Assembly (NCBI GenBank): GCA_965655095.1
Contig: OZ296659.1
Span: 30,566,001-30,630,000 of the forward strand
From: Haplodiscus bocki
Taxonomy: Eukaryota
Reading direction: 5' to 3'
DNA length: 64,000 nucleotides
A model generated the notes under the pieces. It saw only the letters and a program-made list of their open reading frames with translations, had not been told where the DNA came from and did not search any database. The stretch's first letter is position 1. Each line of letters begins with the position of its first letter. A program made the translations under genes and the position numbers. Positions 26,651 through 36,746 of this stretch are shown piece after piece.

Positions 26651-28045
26651 ACTGAAAAATTGCCTTAATGTGATGTTTCATCGGCAAATCGAAACATTCA
26701 AAAAGTCGATAAGTGGATGAGACCAAATAAAGTCAATTGCAATGTTGACAGATCGAAAACTGTAATTTTGGCGTCTAGTCTGCCAAACTTTTTGAACTTT
26801 GGATAGCACAAAATGTTGTTCCACTTCAATGAATATCTTATGGTAATAATTAATTTTCCACGATTTCAACCAAATCAGGGAGAAACTGTTGATTTCTAAC
26901 CATATTGACTTGAAACAAGAATTTTCGCCACACAATCACACTATTCACTGTTCTACTATTAAACATGTTAATCCTGTGGTTTAGTGAGGAGTCCTGGATT
27001 GTGACTCTACTTCGTTCTCGAGCTTGAGTCCGTCTCAAGATACTGGAACGTTTTGCTAGGTCCGTCTGCGTCCTGCTGAAATTAGCCAATCTTACCGATG
27101 TTATGGTATGTAAGCAAGGCTTTGACTGAGCTGTATCCAATCAGAGCACTTTTAACGCGTTTGTATTAGTTTCTGAAACAACCTGAAGTGAGATGTGACC
27201 TGCAAAGTAACTGAATTGTTAGATAAACTTAACACAAGAGCTACCTGACTGTTAATTCTTACACTTTCAAGTTTCCAATGGTGCTTTAAGTGTCTCATAA
27301 TTTTTTCAGGATTTTCATCAGAGGTAATCAAGATCTAATTGGCTGCTATACAGGAAACTGAATTAGCACTAAGCTGGTGGTCCACGTGCACCAACGGAAC
27401 TTATATGTAGTCATTGTACAGGGTAAAATGGGCCTAACACACCTTCTCCTGTACGGTGCCCACTGGTGACACTAATTGGGTATGAAGGAGGGTGAAACTT
27501 TTGTGCTCTTCACATTAGGGTCGAGTGATTTCTTTTGAGTTGCCAGAGGGCACCAGATGGCGTTCGGTAGGAAATTTGGCGTCAAGGGAGGCTTTGACTA
27601 TCACACAGGAAAACTTTGGTGGGATTGGGATCATTCGTTTTTATGTTGTTTTTGTAATGATTCTTTTATCCCACTCCTAAGGTGAAAAAAGTTGACATGG
27701 CGTTGAATTTTGATTAAATTTATGTCGAGGCGTCCGTAGAGCGGGCATGTGACCTTGGAGTTTTTTTGTGTTCTTTATGAGTTTATATTTTCTTTCTTAT
27801 GTATATCAGATGACAGATAGTTTAAATTATGATTTTTGATGAATTACTATAATATGAATCAATCAGCCGTTTAATGTTCTAACTCACGCGCGATTAAGCT
27901 TTAAATGATCAGAAAGGAGTTCGCGTTCGAAGGGGCGGGGCTTAAATTTGTTCCTACTGTTGGAAGAATAAAGAAAACTACCCGAATTGGGTTTTCACTA
28001 TATCACTTTCATTTTCTCATGCAAACTAATTCTGTGTTGTTTCAG

Positions 28046-28423
28046 ATCCTACAAGATTTCGGATCTGTCCTTGCTTGCTGTATTAATGCCGGTTGTCTGG
28101 CTCTCATAGATTCCGGCCTCTCAATGCATTTCGTTGTAGCTGCTACAAACTGCTCCTTATCTTCCAATCATGAAGTACATCTTAACAAACCTCGCCCAAA
28201 GCAACACAGACTGATAATAAAGACAGGAGACAGCGACACTCAACTGGACAAAGAACTTACTTTGGCTTTCACCAACGAGAAACCTAGTCGGCTAATTACG
28301 TCATACAGTGTCGGAAATTTCACTCCGAGCGAGTTTGAACAGTGCCGAAAAGATTCGAGCCAGAATGTTATTAGATGGTTTGAAATGTACAGAAATTGTT
28401 TGAAAAGCGAACTTAGTTTATGA
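28046..28423 (+). CDS. EXOSC5: Exosome complex component RRP46, exon 2 (total ~236 aa)
   Basis: Branch ctaat plus tgtgttgtttcag| acceptor. ILQDFGSVLACCINAGCLALIDSG matches the RRP46 (D.GS.LA.C.NA.C.AL.D.G) motif. Joins exon 1 in phase 0 across an 8146-nt intron. Confidence 0.9.
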   Translation: MLQDFGSVLACCINAGCLALIDSGLSMHFVVAATNCSLSSNHEVHLNKPRPKQHRLIIKTGDSDTQLDKELTLAFTNEKPSRLITSYSVGNFTPSEFEQCRKDSSQNVIRWFEMYRNCLKSELSL

Positions 28424-29324
28424 TAGCTACGTTTTGAGGATGATATATGGATATGTTTTTTTTAGTAATGAAGACATTCTCTTTTTTGTTTTATTTCGAT
28501 TTTGCGTTCCTGACTCTCCACAGGATTGGCTTTTTAAAATCTGTTTCGTTTCCCATGAAATAATCAGGCTTGTCCCAAAATACTTCATCTCTTTTTGCTC
28601 GCTCCCATCCCAACTCCCCACCTGCGTTAAAGTTTCTTTTTAGTAAAATTTTCTGGCTAGAAAGTTGAGTAATTGGAAAAAGATTTTTTTGACGCATGGG
28701 CGATCAATAATTTCGTGTTTCTTTGAGAAACAACCGTTGCATTTCGCACGGTAATACATGGAAAATTTGAAATGTGCTCGATCGTGGAGCATTGCATGAA
28801 CAAAATTGATTTGTACTAGTGGATTTGCATGGATCAACAATTACGAAAAATCCTGCCAGCTTAATCGTTGTTTCCAACTCCGTGTCGCCTTATAAATTGA
28901 TTCTATCATGATGATCATAGCATCTTGAACAAAAAAAAGGAAAATGGTGAAATCTAATTAAATATAGTAGTAAAATTTAGATGGTGAATAAATATAGCCT
29001 TTTTTGATGTTTTTCATTCCATTGAATTTGCTTCAAACAGCCAGCCTTGTTTGAAAAAATCAAATCTATGCTTGTATGTTTAGGAACTCGGAAATTTATA
29101 ACTTTCGAACTACTAATGCTGTCACGCGGTTTTTTTTGCTGTCAAACGAGCTTTTCGTATGACCTTTTACTTAGAAAATATCCGTACGACCGTCGAAAAT
29201 TCAAAAAACTTTTCACAACGCAGCAAAGCTGCGTGTGAGTAAAGGGTGACCCTATAGACCATCATTGTACCGGTGAATTTTTCTTGTATAGTATCTTGAA
29301 TATTTTTGTTACCCGGTGATATGC

Positions 29325-30931
29325 TTATAATGGGTTAAAACTTGGAAAATTTTGAGTCTTTTCCATTTTGCACGAACACAGAATAAAGGTGAAGAAGGGA
29401 CCTTACGGACCAATCAGCGAGTGATATACCGCAAATTCAAAATTGATCTAGTTTTTTTATGAATCTTCTTTGAAGATACTTTTACTCTAATAAACACTGG
29501 TAGTAGGAACGGCCGAGAAGTTAATTGTTGAAAGTATTCAATTCAGGCTGTGCAAAAGCATAGGATTTTGTTAATTTTATAAACATGGAAATTACTTCCA
29601 TTTGCTTTTCCAACTTGGGTACAATGATTAGTAGGAAGTAGCTAGTAGTGGGGTCACTGGCCAAGTTAAAGTGGGGTTAAAGTTTTGAATTTTATCGGCG
29701 CTGGTTTCCGTGCAATGGTATGGGCATTTCCAAGCTGTGGGAATGTAGGGACTCACAAAATTCGTGTAAATATGGAGATAATTCCAACTTGTGTAAAGGG
29801 GTAAAAGAGGATAGGCTAAGTAGTCGGAGTGAACGGCGAAAATAAAGTTGGGACAGTTTTGAATTTCTAATCGGTTAGTATCCGGAGAGAGTGTGCCTAT
29901 TCGCAGGCTCTAGGAATGCAACGAATTACAAAACTCGCTGGAACAAGATTATTCCAACTTGGGTATAGCGGTTGGGGAACAAGGATTAAATAGTGGTAGT
30001 GACCGGACAATTAAATTTTTTCCTGAACACTTCCATGATTATCTTCTCTCGATCGGGTTCACGTGTTCTGTTGAATTAAAACGAGCTGACAGTAGAGGGC
30101 AAAGTTTCGATAAAAGGTCATTGGTTGCTTACATCAAAGGTCAACTTCCGTCATCCTGTTGTGATCAGCATAACGATTTTTCTAATTTGACGGTCTCAGC
30201 TTCACAGTGAAGATGTTTCAAAATCTTTTAAAAATTTTCCATTCATTGAATCATTTCGAGAAGAGTCCCCATCATAGCTAAAATAGTTTGTTTTCTGCAA
30301 AGTTTGTGGGCTAGTCCTGCGATTCTTACATTTGAGTTAGACGTTGCTATTATTCAATTTTATTCATATTGTCAAATTCGCGTTTCTGAAATTTTTCGAG
30401 CTGGTTCGCTTAATCAATCGAATAAATAGTTCGCTACGGGGCATAATTACTCGTTCCAGATCTTTTGATGCAAACACAACGAATTGAAAATTTTTAATTG
30501 GGTTGGGATGTCAGATTACATATTTGTTGGTTTGTTATGCGTCGACAACATTTACGAAGTTCCGTGGTACCCTCCTGAAGATTCCGACTCAAGGTGCCAA
30601 TCAAAACGGACCTCAGTGGGAGGAAATGCAACTAATAGTGCTATCGTATTTCAACAATTTATGTCGAAATATCACCCGGATGATGATGGCATTGTGCTTT
30701 TACATTCCGCAGTGTCAGATGACCTTTTATCGGAGAAGGCTTTGAATGAGCTGAAGCGTTTAAATATTTCACTCACTTGGTCAAGTTTTATCAAGGGTCA
30801 TATCTTGAGTGAGTCTGTCTGCATTGTGGCTTCGAAATCCGGGTCTAGAACTATTGTACACGACCCAGGGACGATTCCGGAAATCAGTTTCCAGAAACTT
30901 CCGGATGTTGATTGGAACCGAGTGAAATTAT
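29325..30931 (+). repeat. Internally deleted tandem duplicate of 30928-34027
   Basis: 29325-30009 matches 30928-31612, and 30007-30931 matches 33094-34027. Junction microhomologies are TTAT and ACA. Confidence 0.95.
30007..30210 (+). pseudogene. MEPCE: MEPCE 3' fragment (duplicate)
   Basis: TIKFFPEHFHDYL...NLTVSASQ* is nearly identical to the end of 32260-33297; the 5' part was removed by a 1484-bp deletion. Confidence 0.9.
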
Positions 30932-30933
30932 AA
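30508..30933 (+). pseudogene. KHK: Truncated ketohexokinase copy (N-terminal 141 aa)
   Basis: Near-identical to KHK residues 1-141 (3 aa differences). The TAA stop is created exactly at the duplication junction. Lacks the C-terminal GAGD catalytic motif. Confidence 0.88.
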
Positions 30934-32259
30934 TGGGTTAAAACTTGGAAAATTTTGAGTCTTTTCCATTTTGCATGAACACAGAATAAAGGTGAAGAAG
31001 GGACCTTACGGACCAATCAGCGAGTGATATACCGCAAATTCAAAATTGATCTAGTTTTTTTATGAATCTTCTTTGAAGATACTTTTACTCTAATAAACAC
31101 TGGTAGTAGGAACGGCCGAGAAGTTAATTGTTGAAAGTATTCAATTCAGGCTGTGCAAAAGCATAGGATTTTGTTAATTTTATAAACATGGAAATTACTT
31201 CCATTTGCTTTTCCTACTTGGGTACAATGATTAGTAGGAAGTAGCTAGTAGTGGGGTCACTGGCCAAGTTAAAGTGGGGTTAAAGTTTTGAATTTTATCG
31301 GCGCTGGTTTCCGTGCAATGGTATGGGCATTTCCAAGCTGTGGGAATGTAGGGACTCACAAAATTCGTGTAAATATGGAGATAATTCCAACTTGTGTAAA
31401 GGGGTAAAAGAGGATAGGCTAAGTAGTCGGAGTGAACGGCGAAAATAAAGTTGGGACAGTTTTGAATTTCTAATCGGTTAGTATCCGGAGAGAGTGTGCC
31501 TATTCGCAGGCTCTAGGAATGCAACGAATTACAAAACTCGCTGGAACAAGATTATTCCAACTTGGGTATAGCGGTTGGGGAACAAGGATTAAATAGTGGT
31601 AGTGACCGGACAGGTTTTCAATTCTGATCCGAAGTAGTATTCTGGCACGATCCTGGTATCTCTGATGAATTTTTCGTTGAAGTATGCCATGGGTGGCCAT
31701 CTTTCCTCGATTGAGATAAATGCTCTGAAATAAAAGTTTGGTCAAAACATCTCAGAATTCAGCATTGCAAGTTATGTTGCTCTTATTGCGCTGAGAGATG
31801 GCTGTTGAAAACTTTGAGAGATGGCTGTTGAAAACTTTCTAAAAACAAAGTGGTGGCATCAAAACTGAAAACGATGTGGAAGTTGAACGGGTCAAGTGCT
31901 TTGAATTGTTTTAACGCTATTTGCTTCGCTGCATATTCGGTTCTTTGACATACAACTTTTGGTTCAATGCTGCCTCTATACTAGAGGGAAGCTTTATTTG
32001 AATATTGATAGAATTCGCTCGCTCTATTGGAGGGCGGAAGTGTTCGAAGGAATACGCCACGGAAAAACATGTAAATGCCGGCGGTGACGCTGAATGAGAG
32101 TAGATTTATCCGGTTTTGTTATTCGAAAAACCGCAAACGTTTTTTGGGCCTTCATTTCTTTGTATCCCAGCATCTAAAATGATAATGGCTAACTTGGGAG
32201 TTCGTCGTTCTGCAATTTGGTCGTTTTTTAGAAATTGCTTTCTATGACTTGTATTTGTG

Positions 32260-33297
32260 ATGAAGCGAAGAGTTGATATCGAATCTGAAGAGATCCTAGA
32301 ACAACAAAGTCCTTCCTCAGAACAAAATGTGAATGGTACGAACAAAAAGAAGAAAAAAGTGTTCCCCTATGGCAATTACGATCAATATTACGGATACAGG
32401 AACCCTTCAAAATGTGATGATCCCAGACTTCTTTTCATTCCCAAGTGCTGGATCAAACACAAAGCCATTCTCGACATTGGATGCAATACCGGACATTTGA
32501 CCTTATCTTTAGCCAGATCGCATCGGCCTGCAAAAATAGATGCCATCGATATCGATGATCGATTAGTTGGAATCGCTAGACGTAATATTGTTTATTATCA
32601 AAATAAATGTGTCAAGTCTGTCGATTCCAATATCAATAACAATGAGGTAGCTGAATCAGTTGCGAAAGATTCTGAACCCAAGAATGATTTTCAGTTCGAT
32701 TCTATTTCTGCTAAAAACCAGAGAAAACATGGAAGGTCTGATCATGCATTCAACAGTAATGGGTCGTGCAATTTAAGGGGCAGTGCACTTGCTGACGTAG
32801 AAGAAGAAATCGACTGTAAACCTATCCGAGATATTGTAAAATTTACATGCTCTAATTACGCCTTGAAAAGCGATGACTTGCTTGACATGTGCAAAGAAGA
32901 ATATGACGTCATTATGATGCTATCTGTTTCGAAATGGATTCATTTAAATTTTGGCGATGAGTCACTTCGACGTTGCTTTCAGAGAATTTTCCGTCAACTT
33001 CGCCAAAATGGAATCTTTCTTTTAGAGCCACAACCTTTCGACTCGTATCGGAAAAAGAAAAATTTGACTCCCCAAATAGCTATTATTTACCCAACAATTA
33101 AATTTTTTCCTGAACACTTCCATGATTATCTCATCTCGATCGGGTTCACCTGGTCTGTTGAATTAAAACGAGCTGACATTAGAGGGCAAAGTTTCGATAA
33201 AAGGTCATTGGTTGCTTACATCAAAGGTCAACTTCCGTCATCTTGTTGTGATCAGCATAACGATTTTTCTAATTTGACGGTCTCAGCTTCACAGTGA
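32260..33297 (+). CDS. MEPCE: 7SK snRNA methylphosphate capping enzyme (Bin3 family), intronless, 345 aa
   Basis: FPYGNYDQYYGYRNP..DPRL, ILDIGCNTGHLTL (SAM motif I), DAIDID, YDVIMMLSVSKWIHLNFGD, LEPQPFDSYRKK: Bin3 domain signature. Confidence 0.93.
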   Translation: MKRRVDIESEEILEQQSPSSEQNVNGTNKKKKKVFPYGNYDQYYGYRNPSKCDDPRLLFIPKCWIKHKAILDIGCNTGHLTLSLARSHRPAKIDAIDIDDRLVGIARRNIVYYQNKCVKSVDSNINNNEVAESVAKDSEPKNDFQFDSISAKNQRKHGRSDHAFNSNGSCNLRGSALADVEEEIDCKPIRDIVKFTCSNYALKSDDLLDMCKEEYDVIMMLSVSKWIHLNFGDESLRRCFQRIFRQLRQNGIFLLEPQPFDSYRKKKNLTPQIAIIYPTIKFFPEHFHDYLISIGFTWSVELKRADIRGQSFDKRSLVAYIKGQLPSSCCDQHNDFSNLTVSASQ

Positions 33298-33603
33298 AGA
33301 TGTTTCAAAATCTGTTGAAAATTTTCCATTCATTGAATCATTTCGAGAAGAGTCGCCATCATAGCTAAAATAGTTTGTTTTCTGCAAAGTTTGCGTTTTA
33401 TGTGGCCTAGTCCTGCGATTCTTACATTTGAGTTAGACGTTGCTATTATTCAATTTTATTCATATTGTCAAATTCGCGTTTCTGAAATATTTCGAACTGG
33501 TTCGCTTAATCAGTCGAATAAATAGTTCGCCACGGGGCATAATTACTCGTTCCAGATCTTCTGATGCAAACACAACGAATTGAAAATTTTTAATTGGGTT
33601 GGA

Positions 33604-34581
33604 ATGTCAGATTACATATTTGTTGGTTTGTTATGCGTCGACAACATTTACGAAGTTCCGTGGTACCCTCCTGAAGATTCCGACACAAGGTGCCAATCAA
33701 AACGGACTTCAGTGGGAGGAAATGCAACTAATAGTGCTATCGTATTTCAACAATTTATGTCGAAATATCACCCGGATGATGATGGCATTGTGCTTTTACA
33801 TTCCGCAGTGTCAGATGACCTTTTATCGGAGAAGGCTTTGAATGAGCTGAAGCGTTTAAATATTTCACTCACTTGGTCAAGTTTTATCAAGGGTCATATC
33901 TTGAGTGAGTCTGTCTGCATTGTGGCTTCGAAATCCGGGTCTAGAACTATTGTACACCACCCAGGGACGATTCCGGAAATCAGTTTACAGAAACTTCCGG
34001 ATGTTGATTGGAACCGAGTGAAATTATTTCACTTCGAAGGTCGAAATCCAACGAAAGATTTCAACGGGATATCCAAAGTTTATGCCTTGGTTGAATCTGT
34101 GTTAGAGAAGAAGCAGAAAGAAAAACTCAACATTTTTGTTTCTTTGGAAGTTGAAAAATCTCCCGATCGACATATTGGAGTTCAAAAATTGCTGGAACTG
34201 AAGACGGATATGACAATAATCGCGAAAGATTTTGTAATGGGCGTCGGCTTTTATAAAACTGCTGAAAACTTTCTGAAAGATTGGATTGCGAAGGTGGCCT
34301 CCGAGTACGTTGTCGTTACTTGGGGAATGGAGGGAAGCTATGGGTTCGATAACACGACCGGGAATGAAGCGAAAAATATCATTCATGTACCTGCCAATAT
34401 TACCCCGGAGTCCGATGCTGCGGTTGATTCCCTTGGAGCCGGGGATACTTACAATGCGGCCTTGTGTTACAAGATGTTGAATGGATCGCCTTTAGAAGAC
34501 AGTATGAAGTTTGCAGCATTAGTTGCCTCGATTAAATGCAAACAAGTTGGATTGGCAAACTTGAAGTTACCCGGTGTTTAA
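33604..34581 (+). CDS. KHK: Ketohexokinase (PfkB/ribokinase family), intronless, 325 aa
   Basis: VGLLCVD...YPPEDSD.RC, GGNATN, GSRTIVH, FHFEGRN, SLEVEK, VTWGMEGS, VDSLGAGDTYNAA, KCKQVG: KHK-specific motifs. Confidence 0.92.
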   Translation: MSDYIFVGLLCVDNIYEVPWYPPEDSDTRCQSKRTSVGGNATNSAIVFQQFMSKYHPDDDGIVLLHSAVSDDLLSEKALNELKRLNISLTWSSFIKGHILSESVCIVASKSGSRTIVHHPGTIPEISLQKLPDVDWNRVKLFHFEGRNPTKDFNGISKVYALVESVLEKKQKEKLNIFVSLEVEKSPDRHIGVQKLLELKTDMTIIAKDFVMGVGFYKTAENFLKDWIAKVASEYVVVTWGMEGSYGFDNTTGNEAKNIIHVPANITPESDAAVDSLGAGDTYNAALCYKMLNGSPLEDSMKFAALVASIKCKQVGLANLKLPGV

Positions 34582-34868
34582 ATTGGTGTCTCTGTGATAT
34601 TTCCGGGAATATAGAGAAGTGAAAATGAACGATTCGTAAGACTGACATGTGGCGAGAACGGCCGTTAAGGTGCTACGAAACGATTGAAAAACGAGATGAA
34701 TTGCTTCAAATCTATTTGTGAAAAATGCATTGAATGAAATTCATGAACGAATTCAATTATGCAATGTCTGATTTTATTTTTGTTCAAACTACGAATTATT
34801 ATCATACTAGCTAGCAAGGACTGGTTCTTTTCAGAGCAAAATTTTAATCAAGTTTGATTTTGGTTATC

Positions 34869-35007
34869 ATGGCGAGAGGCTACGACTTAACCTGGTTGTT
34901 CTGTGACCACTGTTTCGAGAAGTTGTGCCCTTCTGAAACCGAATTCAAGTTTTACTTCACTAACTGTGGTCACAGATATTGCAAGAAATCTGTAAAAGCT
35001 TTACTAG
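34869..35007 (+). CDS. RNF212: RNF212/Zip3-family RING finger protein, exon 1
   Basis: WLFCDHCF...FYFTNCGHRYC resembles the RNF212/ZHP-3 N-terminal RING. Donor G|gtatga, phase 1. Confidence 0.7.
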
Positions 35008-35842
35008 GTATGAAACAAAATTTTCATTCAACTTTTTTGTGCTTTGAAGCTCCGAATCAAGTTCACCTTGCGCACCATCGTGTATTTACCGATCAATTTT
35101 CATTTCTCTTTGATTTCTATGGATTATCTGATGATAGTTTAAAAATAACTGTTCAAGATAAATTTTTGTGTACCATGTTAAAATGTAGCCAAAGGATTAT
35201 TGAACAATATTCAGTTTCGTTTCAAGAAAGTAGTGCAATGCGATGAATTGCTGCGCCAAAAAATGAAGTGTTAAACACGATAGATGTTTTTGAAGTTTTT
35301 ATGGATCTTTCGACTACTCTACCCTTTAATTATTTTCCGCCCAAATGTGATATGGAAAGAAAAATCATCCACTCAAACGGTGCATTTTTTCTGCGTTTTC
35401 TTGCCAATTGTCCGGGCTCAATCGTCAAAATGCCCAGATTCTGAATTTGAAAATTTTTCATCACCGAATTATAGCAAAGTTGCCGTAGAATCCGACAAAT
35501 AGTAAGATTTTTCAAATACGTACAAAATTTGTTTTTTGAAAAAAAAACATGAATTTTTCAAGATGGAGAAAATATGGGAATTTCGCTGTAAAATGCGTAT
35601 AAAATGATATCATTCCTTGAGAATGTCTTTTCTACCTTAATTGTGAGGTTTTATTGCAAAAAATCAGAATTTGAAAAATTAAAATATATGAATGAAGAGT
35701 ATTTTTTGAAAAAAAAAGCGTTTTCATCCCTTCAAAAGGCATCTTTAACAAAATTGGAGGTCGAAAAAAATGTCGGTGATTGCCCGCCCTCTTGTAAATT
35801 ATACTCAACTCTGCTATAATGTTTTCCTGTTTGTTCAACAAG

Positions 35843-36199
35843 GACGAGAAGGCTCTGTAACCGGCAGCTCAAAATCCAATCAGACTGCTTCGGCGAGAGT
35901 GATTATGCAATGTTTCGTTTGTGCCACTAATTGTCAAGTAATCCAAATCACAAACCAAAACTTCCAAGCATCTCCTATGGCGCAGTTATGTGAGAACATT
36001 GAGTTGGTCAAGAATCGAATGTTCGAAGAGTTGCGCAAGTTGTTTCTCGAAATGAGAGCTGTCGACTGTCAATTGTTTCATTTGCGATTCAAACTTGAAA
36101 CTGTAATGCAAGAGTTGGACGAGGAGCGAAATGTAAGTCAAGTCTTTAGGACTCAGGCCGAGAAAATGGAAGAAGCTTTGAAGAATCACAAACAAAGGG
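35843..36199 (+). CDS. RNF212: RNF212/Zip3-family protein, exon 2 (RING end CFVC + coiled coil)
   Basis: The caag| acceptor keeps phase 1. QCFVCATNCQVIQI completes the RING and a heptad-rich helix follows. Donor G|gttggt. Confidence 0.68.
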
Positions 36200-36683
36200 G
36201 TTGGTATTTTGTTAAGCTGGCAACGCCAGATTATTACGATTGACGTTTTTTTTGACGCACTCAATAATTTACTTGAGCCTGTGTTCGGACGCAAGTTTTT
36301 GATTAGCTGTCAATCATCCACTTCAATTCAGCTGCTTGGAAAATCTTGAAGTCACAGACCTTCATTTTTATACATTATGCAGAAATATTTCAATTTAACT
36401 TCGCATTTTAGACAGATTTTTCTCAACTTCGAATTTTATAGATTTTTTTAGCAAATGAGGTTTCCAAAAGCGATTTTGTTCAACGTAATTGATTGGCTAA
36501 AGATTTATTGTTGGATGATGTCGTGCTGCCAGCTTTTCGAAGCTATGCTTCGCTTCATGCACATTTGCGAATTGAGAGAAGCAAGCGTATTACGGTCGAC
36601 GTGCCCCTTTTTTCGACTCAGTAAAAACGAGATTTTTCCGAAATTCTGAAACCTTCCAAGATTTGAAAATTTTCATTTGAAAT

Positions 36684-36746
36684 GGGTTCGAAGCCGCAAC
36701 TTGTGATTCCGGAAGCGTTGGGACTACCGATTGCGCCACCTAATCC
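36684..36746 (-). mobile_element. tRNA-derived SINE head / tRNA pseudogene
   Basis: Minus strand reads GGTGGCGCAATCGGTAG...GCGGCTTCGAACCC: A box and near-perfect B box at tRNA spacing. Confidence 0.55.

Noticed and set aside
27905-28045. N-terminal extension of ORF 27905-28423 (likewise the ORF-track starts at 19519, 34854, 35770, 41839)
   Set aside because: Intronic or UTR sequence read through by the ORF finder; homology starts at the splice acceptor or a downstream ATG.
31500-31745. Minus-strand ORF and a possible tttcag-preceded small exon antisense to the MEPCE upstream region
   Set aside because: Overlaps a degenerate ~170-bp repeat; no upstream exon or recognisable homology.
31792-31837. 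23-bp tandem duplication tgagagatggctgttgaaaactt
   Set aside because: Simple local slippage duplication with no evidence of function.
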